64,000 nt of DNA from Eledone cirrhosa (Eukaryota). Numbering within the stretch: the first letter of the stretch is position 1; every line of letters begins with the position of its first letter. Below are positions 11,501 to 26,500 of the stretch, piece by piece. The translations under genes and the position numbers were made by a program. The DNA is taken from positions 270,134,001-270,198,000 of the forward strand of contig OZ024741.1 of assembly GCA_964016885.1 (NCBI GenBank), written 5' to 3'. The notes beneath the pieces are model-generated. The model was given only the letters and a program-made list of their open reading frames with translations. It was not told where the DNA came from and did not search any database.

Positions 11501-14500
11501 TATGTATGTGTCTGTCTATAGGTAGTTAGTGTGAATGTGGCTGTCAGTAAGTATGTGTCTGTCTATAGGTAGTTAGTGTTAATGTGGCTGTTAGTATGTA
11601 TGTGTCTGTCTATAGGTAGTTAGTGTGAATGTGGCTGTCAGTATGTATGTGTCTGTCTATAGGTAGTTAGTGTGAATGTGTCTGTCAGTATGTATGTGTC
11701 TGTCTATAGGTAGTTAGTGTGAATGTGGCTGTCAGTATGTATGTGTCTTTCTATAGGTAGTTAGTGTGAATGTGGCTGTCAATATGTATGTGTCTGTCTA
11801 TAGGTAGTTAGTGTAAATGTGGCTGTCAGTATGTATGTGTCTGTCTAGAGGTAGTTAGTGTGAATGTGGCTGTCAGTATGTATGTGTCTGTCTATAGGTA
11901 GTTAGTGTGAATGTGGCTGTCAGTATGTATGTGTCTGTCTATAGGTACTTAGTGTGAATGTGGCTGTCAGTATGTATGTGTCTGTCTATAGGTAGTTAGC
12001 GTGGATGTGGCTGTCAGTATGTATGTGTCTGTCTATAGGTAGTTAGTGTGAATGTGGCTGTTAGTATGTATGTGTCTGTCTATAGGTAGTTAGTGTGAAT
12101 GTGGCTGTCAGTAAGTATGTGTCTGTCTATAGGTAGTTAGTGTGAATGTGGCTGTCAATATGTATGTGTCTGTCTATAGGTAGTTACTGTGAATGTGGCT
12201 GTCAGTATGTATGTGTCTGTCTATAGGTAGTTAGTGTGAATGTGGCTGTCAGTATGTATGTGTCTGTCTATAGGTAGTTAGTGTGAATGTGGCTGTCAGT
12301 ATGTATGTGTCTGTCTATAGGTAGTTAGTGTGAATGCGGCTGTCTGTATGTATGTGTCTGTCTATAGGTAGTTAGTGTGAATGTGGCTGTCAGTATGTAT
12401 GTGTCTGTCTATAGGTAGTTAGTGTGAATGTGGCTGTCAGTATATATGTGTCTATCTATAGGTAGTTAGTGTAAATGTGGCTGTCAGTATGTTTGTGTCT
12501 GTCTATAGGTAGTTACTGTGAATGTGGCTGTCAGTATGTATGTGTCTGTCTATAGGTAGTTAGTGTGAATGTGGCTGTCAGTATGTATGTGTCTGTCTAT
12601 AGGTAGTTAGTGTGAATGTGGCTGTCAGTATGTATGTGTCTGTCTATAGGTAGTTAGTGTGAATGTGGCTGTCAGTATCTATGTGTCTGTCTATAGGTAG
12701 TTAGTGTGAATGTGGCTGTCAGTATGTATGTGTCTGTCTATAGGTAGTTAGTGTGAATGTGGCTGTCAGTATGCATGTGTCTGTCTATTTGTAGTTAGTG
12801 TGAATATGGCTGTCAGTATGTATGTGTCTGTCTATAGGTAGTTAGTGTGAATGTGGCTGTTAGTATGTATGTGTCTGTCTATAGGTAGTTAGTGTGAATG
12901 TGGCTGTCAGTATGTATGTGTCTGTCTATAGGTAGTTAGTGTGAATGTGGCTGTCAGTATCTATGTGTCTGCCTATAGGTAGTTAGTGTGAATGTGGCTG
13001 TTAGTATGTATGTGTCTGTCTACAGGTAGTTAGTGTGAATGTGGCTGTCAGTATGTATGTGTCTGTCTATAGGTAGTTATTGTGAATGTGGCTGTCAGTA
13101 TGTTTGTGTCTGTCTATAGGGAGTTAGTGTGAATGTGGCTGTCAGTATGTATGTGTCTGTCTATAGGTAGTTAGTGTGAATGTGGCTGTCAGTATGTATG
13201 TATCTGTCTATAGGTAGTTAGTGTGAATGTGGCTGTTAGTATGTATGTGTCTGTCTATAGGTAGTTAGTGTGAATGTGGCTGTTAGTATGTATGTGTCTG
13301 TCTATAGGTAGTTAGTGTGAATGTGGCTGTCAGTATGTATGTGTCTGTCTATAGGTAGTTAGTGTGAATGTGGCTGTCAGTATGTATGTGTCTGTCTATA
13401 GGTAGTTAGTGTGAATGTGGCTGTCAGTATCTATGTGTCTGTCTATAGGTAGTTAGTGTGAATGTGGTTGTCAGTATGTATGTGTCTGTCTATAGGTAGT
13501 TAGTGTGAATGTGGCTGTCAGTATGTATGTGTCTGTCTATAGGTAGTTAGTGTGAATGTGGCTGTCAGTATCTATGTGTCTGCCTATAGGTAGTTAGTGT
13601 GAATGTGGCTGTTAGTATGTATGTGTCTGTCTATAGGTAGTTAGTGTGAATGTGGCTGTCAGTATGTATGTGTCTGTCTATAGGTAGTTAGTGTGAATGT
13701 GGCTGTCAGTATGTTTGTGTCTGTCTATAGGTAGTTAGTGTGAATGTGGCTGTCAGTATGTATGTATCTGTCTATAGGTAGTTAGTGTGAATGTGACTGT
13801 CAGTATGTATGTGTCTGTCTATAGGTAGTTAGTGTGAATATGGCTGTCAGTATGTATGTGTCTGTCTATAGGTACTTAGTGTGAATGTGGCTGTCAGTAT
13901 GTATGTGTCTGCCTATAGGTAGTTAGTGTGAATGTGGCTGTCAGTATATATGTGTCTGACTATAGGTAGTTAGTGTGAATGTGGCTGTCAGTATATATGT
14001 GTCTATCTATAGGTAGTTAGTGTGAATGTGGCTGTCAGTATGTATGTGTCTGTCTATAGGTAGTTAGTGTGAATGTGGCTGTCAGTATGTATGTGTCTGT
14101 CTATAGGTAGTTAGTGTGAATGTGGCTGTCAGTATGTATGTGTCTGTCTATAGATAGTTAGTGTGAATGTGGCTGTCAGTATGTATGTGTCTGTCTATAG
14201 GTAGTTAGTGTGAATGTGGCTGTCAGTATGTATTTGTCTATCTATAGGTAGTTAGTGTGAATGTGGCTGTCAGTATTATGTGTCTGTCTATAGGTAGTTA
14301 GTGTGAATGTGGCTGTCAGTATCTATGTGTCTGTCTATAGGTAGTTAGTGTGATTGTGGCTGTCAGTATGTATGTGTCTGTCTATAGGTAGTTAGCGTGA
14401 ATGTGGCTGTCAGTATGTTTGTGTCTGTCTATAGGTAGTTAGTGTGAATGTGGCTGTCAGTATGTATGTGTCTGTCTATAGGTAGTTACTGTGAATGTGG

Positions 14501-17500
14501 CTGTCAGTATGTATGTGTCTACTATAGGTAGTTAGTGTGAATGTGGCTGTCAGTATGTATGTGTCTGTCTATAGATAGTTAGTGTGAATGTGGCTGTCAG
14601 TATGTATGTGTCTGTCTATAGGTAGTTAGTGTGAATGTGGCTGTCAGTATGTATGTGTCTGTCTAGAGGTAGTTAGTGTGAATGTGGCTGTCAGTATGTA
14701 TGTGTCTGTCTATAGGTAGTTAGTGTGAATGTGGCTGTCAGTATTATGTGTCTGTCTATAGGTACTTAGTGTGAATGTGGCTGTCAGTATGTATGTGTCT
14801 GTCTATAGGTAGTTAGTGTGGATGTGGCTGTCAGTATGTATGTGTCTGTCTATAGGTAGTTAGTGTGAATGTGGCTGTTAGTATGTATGTGTCTGTCTAT
14901 AGGTAGTTAGTGTGAATGTGGCTGTCAGTAAGTATGTGTCTGTCTATAGGTAGTTAGTGTGAATGTGGCTGTCAATATGTATGTGTCTGTCTATAGGTAG
15001 TTACTGTGAATGTGGCTGTCAGTATGTATGTGTCTGTCTACAGGTAGTTAGTGTGAATGTGGCTGTCAGTATGTATGTGTCTGTCTATAGGTAGTTAGTG
15101 AGAATGTGGCTGTCAGTATGTATGTGTCTGTCTATAGGTAGTTAGTGTGAATGCGGCCGTCTGTATGTATGTGTCTGTCTATAGGTAGTTAGTGTGAATG
15201 TGGCTGTCAGTATATATGTGTCTGTCTATAGGTAGTTAGTGTGAATGTGGCTGTCAGTATGTATGTGTCTGTCTATAGGTAGTTAGTGTGAATGTGTCTG
15301 TCAGTATGTATGTTTCTGTCTATAGGTAGTTACTGTGAATGTGGCTGTCAGTATGTATGTGTCTGTCTATAGGTAGTTAGTGTGAATGTGGCTGTCAGTA
15401 TGTATGTGTCTGTCTATAGGTAGTTAGTGAGAATGTGGCTGTCAGTATGTATGTGTCTGTCTATAGGTAGTTAGTGTGAATTTGGCTGTCAGTATGTATG
15501 TGTCTGTCTATGGGTAGTTAGTGTGAATGTGGCTGTCAGTATGTATGTGTCTGTCTATAGATAGTTAGTGTGAATGTGGCTGTCAGTATGTATCTGTCTG
15601 TCTATAGGTAGTTAGTGTGAATGTGGCTGTCAGTATGTATGTGTCTGACTATAGGTAGTTAGTGTGAATGTGGCTGTCAGTATATATGTGTCTATCTATA
15701 GGTAGTTAGTGTGAATGTGGCTGTCAGTATGTATGTGTCTGTCTATAGGTAGTTAGTGTGAATGTAGCTGTCAGTATGTATGTGTCTGTCTATAGGTAGT
15801 TAGTGTGAATGTGGCTGTCAGTATGTATGTGTCTGTCTATAGGTAGTTAGTGTGAATGTGGCTGTCAGTATGTATGTGTCTGTCTATAGGTAGTTAGTGT
15901 GAATGTGTCTGTCAGTATGTATGTTTCTGTCTATAGGTAGTTAGTGTGAATGTGGCTGTCAGTATCTATGTGTCTGTCTAGAGGTAGTTAGTGTGAATGT
16001 GGCTGTCAGTATGTATGTGTCTGTCTATAGGTAGTTAGTGTGAATTTGGCTGTCAGTATGTATGTGTCTGTCTATAGGTAGTTAGTGTGAATGTGGCTGT
16101 CAGTATGTATGTGTCTGTCTATAGGTAGTTAGTGTGAATGTAGCTGTAAGTATGTATGTGTCTGTCTATAGGTAGTTAGTGTGAATGTGGCTGTCAGTAT
16201 ATATGTGTCTGTCTATAGGTAGTTAGTGTGAATGTGGCTGTCAGTATGTATGTGTCTGTCTATAGGTAGTTAGTGTGAATGTGGCTGTCAGTATGTATGT
16301 GTCTTTCTATAGGTAGTTAGTGTGAATGTGGCTGTCAATATGTATGTGTCTGTCTATAGGTAGTTAGTGTAAATGTGGCTGTCAGTATGTATGTGTCTGT
16401 CTAGAGGTAGTTAGTGTGAATGTGGCTGTCAGTATGTATGTGTCTGTCTATAGGTAGTTAGTGTGAATGTGGCTGTCAGTATGTATGTGTCTGTCTATAG
16501 GTACTTAGTGTGAATGTGGCTGTCAGTATGTATGTGTCTGTCTATAGGTAGTTAGCGTGGATGTGGCTGTCAGTATGTATGTGTCTGTCTATAGGTAGTT
16601 AGTGTGAATGTGGCTGTTAGTATGTATGTGTCTGTCTATAGGTAGTTAGTGTGAATGTGGCTGTCAGTAAGTATGTGTCTGTCTATAGGTAGTTAGTGTG
16701 AATGTGGCTGTCAATATGTATGTGTCTGTCTATAGGTAGTTACTGTGAATGTGGCTGTCAGTATGTATGTGTCTGTCTATAGGTAGTTAGTGTGAATGTG
16801 GCTGTCAGTATGTATGTGTCTGTCTATAGGTAGTTAGTGTGAATGTGGCTGTCAGTATGTATGTGTCTGTCTATAGGTAGTTAGTGTGAATGCGGCTGTC
16901 TGTATGTATGTGTCTGTCTATAGGTAGTTAGTGTGAATGTGGCTGTCAGTATGTATGTGTCTGTCTATAGGTAGTTAGTGTGAATGTGGCTGTCAGTATA
17001 TATGTGTCTATCTATAGGTAGTTAGTGTAAATGTGGCTGTCAGTATGTTTGTGTCTGTCTATAGGTAGTTACTGTGAATGTGGCTGTCAGTATGTATGTG
17101 TCTGTCTATAGGTAGTTAGTGTGAATGTGGCTGTCAGTATGTATGTGTCTGTCTATAGGTAGTTAGTGTGAATGTGGCTGTCAGTATGTATGTGTCTGTC
17201 TATAGGTAGTTAGTGTGAATGTGGCTGTCAGTATCTATGTGTCTGTCTATAGGTAGTTAGTGTGAATGTGGCTGTCAGTATGTATGTGTCTGTCTATAGG
17301 TAGTTAGTGTGAATGTGGCTGTCAGTATGCATGTGTCTGTCTATTTGTAGTTAGTGTGAATATGGCTGTCAGTATGTATGTGTCTGTCTATAGGTAGTTA
17401 GTGTGAATGTGGCTGTTAGTATGTATGTGTCTGTCTATAGGTAGTTAGTGTGAATGTGGCTGTCAGTATGTATGTGTCTGTCTATAGGTAGTTAGTGTGA

Positions 17501-20500
17501 ATGTGGCTGTCAGTATCTATGTGTCTGCCTATAGGTAGTTAGTGTGAATGTGGCTGTTAGTATGTATGTGTCTGTCTACAGGTAGTTAGTGTGAATGTGG
17601 CTGTCAGTATGTATGTGTCTGTCTATAGGTAGTTATTGTGAATGTGGCTGTCAGTATGTTTGTGTCTGTCTATAGGGAGTTAGTGTGAATGTGGCTGTCA
17701 GTATGTATGTGTCTGTCTATAGGTAGTTAGTGTGAATGTGGCTGTCAGTATGTATGTATCTGTCTATAGGTAGTTAGTGTGAATGTGGCTGTTAGTATGT
17801 ATGTGTCTGTCTATAGGTAGTTAGTGTGAATGTGGCTGTTAGTATGTATGTGTCTGTCTATAGGTAGTTAGTGTGAATGTGGCTGTCAGTATGTATGTGT
17901 CTGTCTATAGGTAGTTAGTGTGAATGTGGCTGTCAGTATGTATGTGTCTGTCTATAGGTAGTTAGTGTGAATGTGGCTGTCAGTATCTATGTGTCTGTCT
18001 ATAGGTAGTTAGTGTGAATGTGGTTGTCAGTATGTATGTGTCTGTCTATAGGTAGTTAGTGTGAATGTGGCTGTCAGTATGTATGTGTCTGTCTATAGGT
18101 AGTTAGTGTGAATGTGGCTGTCAGTATCTATGTGTCTGCCTATAGGTAGTTAGTGTGAATGTGGCTGTTAGTATGTATGTGTCTGTCTATAGGTAGTTAG
18201 TGTGAATGTGGCTGTCAGTATGTATGTGTCTGTCTATAGGTAGTTAGTGTGAATGTGGCTGTCAGTATGTTTGTGTCTGTCTATAGGTAGTTAGTGTGAA
18301 TGTGGCTGTCAGTATGTATGTATCTGTCTATAGGTAGTTAGTGTGAATGTGACTGTCAGTATGTATGTGTCTGTCTATAGGTAGTTAGTGTGAATATGGC
18401 TGTCAGTATGTATGTGTCTGTCTATAGGTACTTAGTGTGAATGTGGCTGTCAGTATGTATGTGTCTGCCTATAGGTAGTTAGTGTGAATGTGGCTGTCAG
18501 TATATATGTGTCTGACTATAGGTAGTTAGTGTGAATGTGGCTGTCAGTATATATGTGTCTATCTATAGGTAGTTAGTGTGAATGTGGCTGTCAGTATGTA
18601 TGTGTCTGTCTATAGGTAGTTAGTGTGAATGTGGCTGTCAGTATGTATGTGTCTGTCTATAGGTAGTTAGTGTGAATGTGGCTGTCAGTATGTATGTGTC
18701 TGTCTATAGATAGTTAGTGTGAATGTGGCTGTCAGTATGTATGTGTCTGTCTATAGGTAGTTAGTGTGAATGTGGCTGTCAGTATGTATTTGTCTATCTA
18801 TAGGTAGTTAGTGTGAATGTGGCTGTCAGTATTATGTGTCTGTCTATAGGTAGTTAGTGTGAATGTGGCTGTCAGTATCTATGTGTCTGTCTATAGGTAG
18901 TTAGTGTGATTGTGGCTGTCAGTATGTATGTGTCTGTCTATAGGTAGTTAGCGTGAATGTGGCTGTCAGTATGTTTGTGTCTGTCTATAGGTAGTTAGTG
19001 TGAATGTGGCTGTCAGTATGTATGTGTCTGTCTATAGGTAGTTACTGTGAATGTGGCTGTCAGTATGTATGTGTCTACTATAGGTAGTTAGTGTGAATGT
19101 GGCTGTCAGTATGTATGTGTCTGTCTATAGATAGTTAGTGTGAATGTGGCTGTCAGTATGTATGTGTCTGTCTATAGGTAGTTAGTGTGAATGTGGCTGT
19201 CAGTATGTATGTGTCTGTCTAGAGGTAGTTAGTGTGAATGTGGCTGTCAGTATGTATGTGTCTGTCTATAGGTAGTTAGTGTGAATGTGGCTGTCAGTAT
19301 TATGTGTCTGTCTATAGGTACTTAGTGTGAATGTGGCTGTCAGTATGTATGTGTCTGTCTATAGGTAGTTAGTGTGGATGTGGCTGTCAGTATGTATGTG
19401 TCTGTCTATAGGTAGTTAGTGTGAATGTGGCTGTTAGTATGTATGTGTCTGTCTATAGGTAGTTAGTGTGAATGTGGCTGTCAGTAAGTATGTGTCTGTC
19501 TATAGGTAGTTAGTGTGAATGTGGCTGTCAATATGTATGTGTCTGTCTATAGGTAGTTACTGTGAATGTGGCTGTCAGTATGTATGTGTCTGTCTACAGG
19601 TAGTTAGTGTGAATGTGGCTGTCAGTATGTATGTGTCTGTCTATAGGTAGTTAGTGAGAATGTGGCTGTCAGTATGTATGTGTCTGTCTATAGGTAGTTA
19701 GTGTGAATGCGGCTGTCTGTATGTATGTGTCTGTCTATAGGTAGTTAGTGTGAATGTGGCTGTCAGTATATATGTGTCTGTCTATAGGTAGTTAGTGTGA
19801 ATGTGGCTGTCAGTATGTATGTGTCTGTCTATAGGTAGTTAGTGTGAATGTGTCTGTCAGTATGTATGTTTCTGTCTATAGGTAGTTACTGTGAATGTGG
19901 CTGTCAGTATGTATGTGTCTGTCTATAGGTAGTTAGTGTGAATGTGGCTGTCAGTATGTATGTGTCTGTCTATAGGTAGTTAGTGAGAATGTGGCTGTCA
20001 GTATGTATGTGTCTGTCTATAGGTAGTTAGTGTGAATTTGGCTGTCAGTATGTATGTGTCTGTCTATGGGTAGTTAGTGTGAATGTGGCTGTCAGTATGT
20101 ATGTGTCTGTCTATAGATAGTTAGTGTGAATGTGGCTGTCAGTATGTATCTGTCTGTCTATAGGTAGTTAGTGTGAATGTGGCTGTCAGTATGTATGTGT
20201 CTGACTATAGGTAGTTAGTGTGAATGTGGCTGTCAGTATATATGTGTCTATCTATAGGTAGTTAGTGTGAATGTGGCTGTCAGTATGTATGTGTCTGTCT
20301 ATAGGTAGTTAGTGTGAATGTAGCTGTCAGTATGTATGTGTCTGTCTATAGGTAGTTAGTGTGAATGTGGCTGTCAGTATGTATGTGTCTGTCTATAGGT
20401 AGTTAGTGTGAATGTGGCTGTCAGTATGTATGTGTCTGTCTATAGGTAGTTAGTGTGAATGTGTCTGTCAGTATGTATGTTTCTGTCTATAGGTAGTTAG

Positions 20501-23500
20501 TGTGAATGTGGCTGTCAGTATCTATGTGTCTGTCTAGAGGTAGTTAGTGTGAATGTGGCTGTCAGTATGTATGTGTCTGTCTATAGGTAGTTAGTGTGAA
20601 TTTGGCTGTCAGTATGTATGTGTCTGTCTATAGGTAGTTAGTGTGAATGTGGCTGTCAGTATGTATGTGTCTGTCTATAGGTAGTTAGTGTGAATGTAGC
20701 TGTAAGTATGTATGTGTCTGTCTATAGGTAGTTAGTGTGAATGTGGCTGTCAGTATATATGTGTCTGTCTATAGGTAGTTAGTGTGAATGTGGCTGTCAG
20801 TATGTATGTGTCTGTCTATAGGTAGTTAGTGTGAATGTGGCTGTCAGTATGTATGTGTCTATCTAGAGGTAGTTACTATGAATGTGGCTGTCAGTATGTA
20901 TGTGTCTGTCTATAGGTAGTTAGTGTGAATGTGGCTGTCAGTATGTTTGTGTCTGTCTATAGGTAGTTAGTGTGAATGTGGCTGTCAGTATGTATGTGTC
21001 TGTCTATAGGTAGTTAGTGTGAATGTGGCTGTCAGTATGTATGTGTCTGTCTATAGGTAGTTAGTGTGAATGTGGCTGTCAGTATGTATGTGTCTATCTA
21101 GAGGTAGTTAGTATGAATGTGGCTGTCAGTATGTATGTGTCTGTCTATAGGTAGTTAGTGTGAATGTGGCTGTCAGTATCTATGTGTCTGTCTATAGGTA
21201 GTTAGTGTGATTGTGGCTGTCAGTATGTATGTCTGTCTATAGGTAGTTAGTGTGGATGTGGCTGTCAGTATGTATGTGTCTGTCTATAGGTAGTTAGTGT
21301 GAATGTGGCTGTCAGTATCTATGTGTCTGTCTATAGGTAGTTAGTGTGAATGTGGCTGTCAGTATGTATGTGTCTGTCTATAGGTAGTTAGTGTGAATGT
21401 GGCTGTCAGTATGTATGTGTCTGTCTATAGGTAGTTAGTGTGAATGTGGCTGTCAGTATGTATGTGTCTATCTATAGGTAGTTAGTATGAATGTGGCTGT
21501 CAGTATTATGTGTCTGTCTATAGGTAGTTAGTGTGAATGTGGCTGTCAGTATCTATGTGTCTGTCTATAGGTAGTTAGTGTGATTGTGGCTGTCAGTATG
21601 TATGTGTCTGTCTATAGGTAGTTAGCGTGAATGTGGCTTTCAGTATGTTTGTGTCTGTCTATAGGTAGTTAGTGTGAATGTGGCTGTCAGTATGTATGTG
21701 TCTGTCTATAGGTAGTTACTGTCAATGTGGCTGTCAGTATGTATGTGTCTACTATAGGTAGTTAGTGTGAATGTGGCTGTCAGTATGTATGTGTCTGTCT
21801 ATAGATAGTTAGTGTGAATGTGGCTGTCAGTATGTATGTGTCTGTCTATAGGTAGTTAGTGTGAATGTGGCTGTCAGTATGTATGTGTCTGTCTAGAGGT
21901 AGTTAGTGTGAATGTGGCTGTCAGTATGTATGTGTCTGTCTATAGGTAGTTAGTGTGAATGTGGCTGTCAGTATTATGTGTCTGTCTATAGGTACTTAGT
22001 GTGAATGTGGCTGTCAGTATGTATGTGTCTGTCTATAGGTAGTTAGTGTGGATGTGGCTGTCAGTATGTATGTGTCTGTCTATAGGTAGTTAGTGTGAAT
22101 GTGGCTGTTAGTATGTATGTGTCTGTCTATAGGTAGTTAGTGTGAATGTGGCTGTCAGTAAGTATGTGTCTGTCTATAGGTAGTTAGTGTGAATGTGGCT
22201 GTCAATATGTATGTGTCTGTCTATAGGTAGTTACTGTGAATGTGGCTGTCAGTATGTATGTGTCTGTCTATAGGTAGTTAGTGTGAATGCGGCTGTCTGT
22301 ATGTATGTCTGTCTATAGGTAGTTAGTGTGAATGTCGCTGTCAGTATGTATGTGTCTGTCTATAGGTAGTTAGTGTGAATGTGGCTGTCAGTATGTATGT
22401 GTCTGTCTATAGGTAGTTAGTGTGAATGTGTCTGTCAGTATGTATGTTTCTGTCTATAGGTAGTTACTGTGAATGTGGCTGTCAGTATGTATGTGTCTGT
22501 CTATAGGTAGTTAGTGTGAATGTGGCTGTCAGTATGTATGTGTCTGTCTATAGGTAGTTAGTGAGAATGTGGCTGTCAGTATGTATGTGTCTGTCTATAG
22601 GTAGTTAGTGTGAATTTGGCTGTCAGTATGTATGTGTCTGTCTATGGGTAGTTAGTGTGAATGTGGCTGTCAGTATGTATGTGTCTGTCTATAGATAGTT
22701 AGTGTGAATGTGGCTGTCAGTATGTATTTGTCTGTCTATAGGTAGTTAGTGTGAATGTGGCTGTCAGTATGTATGTGTCTGACTATAGGTAGTTAGTGTG
22801 AATGTGGCTGTCAGTATATATGTGTCTATCTATAGGTAGTTAGTGTGAATGTGGCTGTCAGTATGTATGTGTCTGTCTATAGGTAGTTAGTGTGAATGTG
22901 GCTGTCAGTATGTATGTGTCTGTCTATAGGTAGTTAGTGTGAATGTGGCTGTCAGTATGTATGTGTCTGTCTATAGGTAGTTAGTGTGAATGTGGCTGTC
23001 AGTATGTATGTGTCTGTCTATAGGTAGTTAGTGTGAATGTGTCTGTCAGTATGTATGTTTCTGTCTATAGGTAGTTAGTGTGAATGTGGCTGTCAGTATC
23101 TATGTGTCTGTCTAGAGGTAGTTAGTGTGAATGTGGCTGTCAGTATGTATGTGTCTGTCTATAGGTAGTTAGTGTGAATGTGGCTGTCAATATGTATGTG
23201 TCTGTCTATAGGTAGTTAGTGTGAATGTGGCTGTCAGTATGTATGTGTCTGTCTATGGGTAGTTAGTGTGAATGTGGCTGTCAGTATGTATGTGTCTGTC
23301 TATAGATAGTTAGTGTGAATGTGGCTGTCAGTATGTATGTGTCTGTCTATAGGTAGTTAGTGTGAATGTGGCTGTCAGTATGTATGTGTCTGTCTATAGG
23401 TAGTTAGTGTGAATGTGGCTGTCAGTATGTATGTGTCTGTCTATAGGTAGTTAGTGTGAATGTGGCTGTCAGTATGTATGTGTCTGTCTAGAGGTAGTTA

Positions 23501-26500
23501 GTGTGAATGTGGCTGTCAGTATGTATGTGTCTGTCTATAGGTAGTTAGTGTGAATGTGGCTGTTAGTATGTATGTGTCTGTCTATAGGTAGTTAGTGTGA
23601 ATGTCGCTGTCAGTATGTATGTGTCTGTCTATAGGTAGTTAGTGTGAATGTGGCTGTTAGTATGTATGTGTCTGTCTATAGGTAGTTAGTGTGAATGTGG
23701 CTGTCAGTAAGTATGTGTCTGTCTATAGGTAGTTAGTGTTAATGTGGCTGTTAGTATGTATGTGTCTGTCTATAGGTAGTTAGTGTGAATGTGGCTGTCA
23801 GTATGTATGTGTCTGTCTATAGGTAGTTAGTGTGAATGTGTCTGTCAGTATGTATGTGTCTGTCTATAGGTAGTTAGTGTGAATGTGGCTGTCAGTATGT
23901 ATGTGTCTGTCTATAGGTAGTTAGTGTGAATGTGGCTGTCAATATGTATGTGTCTATCTATAGGTAGTTAGTGTAAATGTGGCTGTCAGTATGTATGTGT
24001 CTGTCTAGAGGTAGTTAGTGTGAATGTGGCTGTCAGTATGTATGTGTCTGTCTATAGGTAGTTAGTGTGAATGTGGCTGTCAGTATGTATGTGTCTGTCT
24101 ATAGGTACTTAGTGTGAATGTGGCTGTCAGTATGTATGTGTCTGTCTATAGGTAGTTAGCGTGGATGTGGCTGTCAGTATGTATGTGTCTGTCTATAGGT
24201 AGTTAGTGTGAATGTGGCTGTTAGTATGTATGTGTCTGTCTATAGGTAGTTAGTGTGAATGTGGCTGTCAGTAAGTATGTGTCTGTCTATAGGTAGTTAG
24301 TGTGAATGTGGCTGTCAATATGTATGTGTCTGTCTATAGGTAGTTACTGTGAATGTGGCTGTCAGTATGTATGTGTCTGTCTATAGGTAGTTAGTGTGAA
24401 TGTGGCTGTCAGTATGTATGTGTCTGTCTATAGGTAGTTAGTGTGAATGTGGCTGTCAGTATGTATGTGTCTGTCTATAGGTAGTTAGTGTGAATGCGGC
24501 TGTCTGTATGTATGTGTCTGTCTATAGGTAGTTAGTGTGAATGTGGCTGTCAGTATGTATGTGTCTGTCTATAGCTAGTTAGTGTGAATGTGGCTGTCAG
24601 TATATATGTGTCTATCTATAGGTAGTTAGTGTGAATGTGGCTGTCAGTATGTTTGTGTCTGTCTATAGGTAGTTACTGTGAATGTGGCTGTCAGTATGTA
24701 TGTGTCTGTCTATAGGTAGTTAGTGTGAATGTGGCTGTCAGTATGTATGTGTCTGTCTATAGGTAGTTAGTGTGAATGTGGCTGTCAGTATGTATGTGTC
24801 TGTCTATAGGTAGTTAGTGTGAATGTGGCTGTCAGTATCTATGTGTCTGTCTATAGGTAGTTAGTGTGAATGTGGCTGTCAGTATGTATGTGTCTGTCTA
24901 TAGGTAGTTAGTGTGAATGTGGCTGTCAGTATGCATGTGTCTGTCTATTTGTAGTTAGTGTGAATATGGCTGTCAGTATGTATGTGTCTGTCTATAGGTA
25001 GTTAGTGTGAATGTGGCTGTTAGTATGTATGTGTCTGTCTATAGGTAGTTAGTGTGAATGTGGCTGTCAGTATGTATGTGTCTGTCTATAGGTAGTTAGT
25101 GTGAATGTGGCTGTCAGTATCTATGTGTCTGCCTATAGGTAGTTAGTGTGAATGTGGCTGTTAGTATGTATGTGTCTGTCTACAGGTAGTTAGTGTGAAT
25201 GTGGCTGTCAGTATGTATGTGTCTGTCTATAGGTAGTTATTGTGAATGTGGCTGTCAGTATGTTTGTGTCTGTCTATAGGGAGTTAGTGTGAATGTGGCT
25301 GTCAGTATGTATGTGTCTGTCTATAGGTAGTTAGTGTGAATGTGGCTGTCAGTATGTATGTATCTGTCTATAGGTAGTTAGTGTGAATGTGGCTGTTAGT
25401 ATGTATGTGTCTGTCTATAGGTAGTTAGTGTGAATGTGGCTGTTAGTATGTATGTGTCTGTCTATAGGTAGTTAGTGTGAATGTGGCTGTCAGTATGTAT
25501 GTGTCTGTCTATAGGTAGTTAGTGTGAATGTGGCTGTCAGTATGTATGTGTCTGTCTATAGGTAGTTAGTGTGAATGTGGCTGTCAGTATCTATGTGTCT
25601 GTCTATAGGTAGTTAGTGTGAATGTGGTTGTCAGTATGTATGTGTCTGTCTATAGGTAGTTAGTGTGAATGTGGCTGTCAGTATGTATGTGTCTGTCTAT
25701 AGGTAGTTAGTGTGAATGTGGCTGTCAGTATCTATGTGTCTGCCTATAGGTAGTTAGTGTGAATGTGGCTGTCAGTATGTATGTGTCTGTCTATAGGTAG
25801 TTAGTGTGAATGTGGCTGTCAGTATGTATGTGTCTGTCTATAGGTAGTTAGTGTGAATATGGCTGTCAGTATGTATGTGTCTGTCTATAGGTACTTAGTG
25901 TGAATGTGGCTGTCAGTATGTATGTGTCTGCCTATAGGTAGTTAGTGTGAATGTGGCTGTCAGTATATATGTGTCTGACTATAGGTAGTTAGTGTGAATG
26001 TGGCTGTCAGTATATATGTGTCTATCTATAGGTAGTTAGTGTGAATGTGGCTGTCAGTATGTATGTGTCTGTCTATAGGTAGTTAGTGTGAATGTGGCTG
26101 TCAGTATGTATGTGTCTGTCTATAGGTAGTTAGTGTGAATGTGGCTGTCAGTATGTATGTGTCTGTCTATAGATAGTTTGTGTGAATGTGGCTGTCAGTA
26201 TGTATGTGTCTGTCTATAGGTAGTTAGTGTGAATGTGGCTGTCAGTATGTATGTGTCTATCTATAGGTAGTTAGTATGAATGTGGCTGTCAGTATTATGT
26301 GTCTGTCTATAGGTAGTTAGTGTGAATGTGGCTGTCAGTATCTATGTGTCTGTCTATAGGTAGTTAGTGTGATTGTGGCTGTCAGTATGTATGTGTCTGT
26401 CTATAGGTAGTTAGTGTGAATGTGGCTGTCAGTATGTATGTGTCTGTCTATAGATAGTTAGTGTGAATGTGGCTGTCAGTATGTATGTGTCTGTCTATAG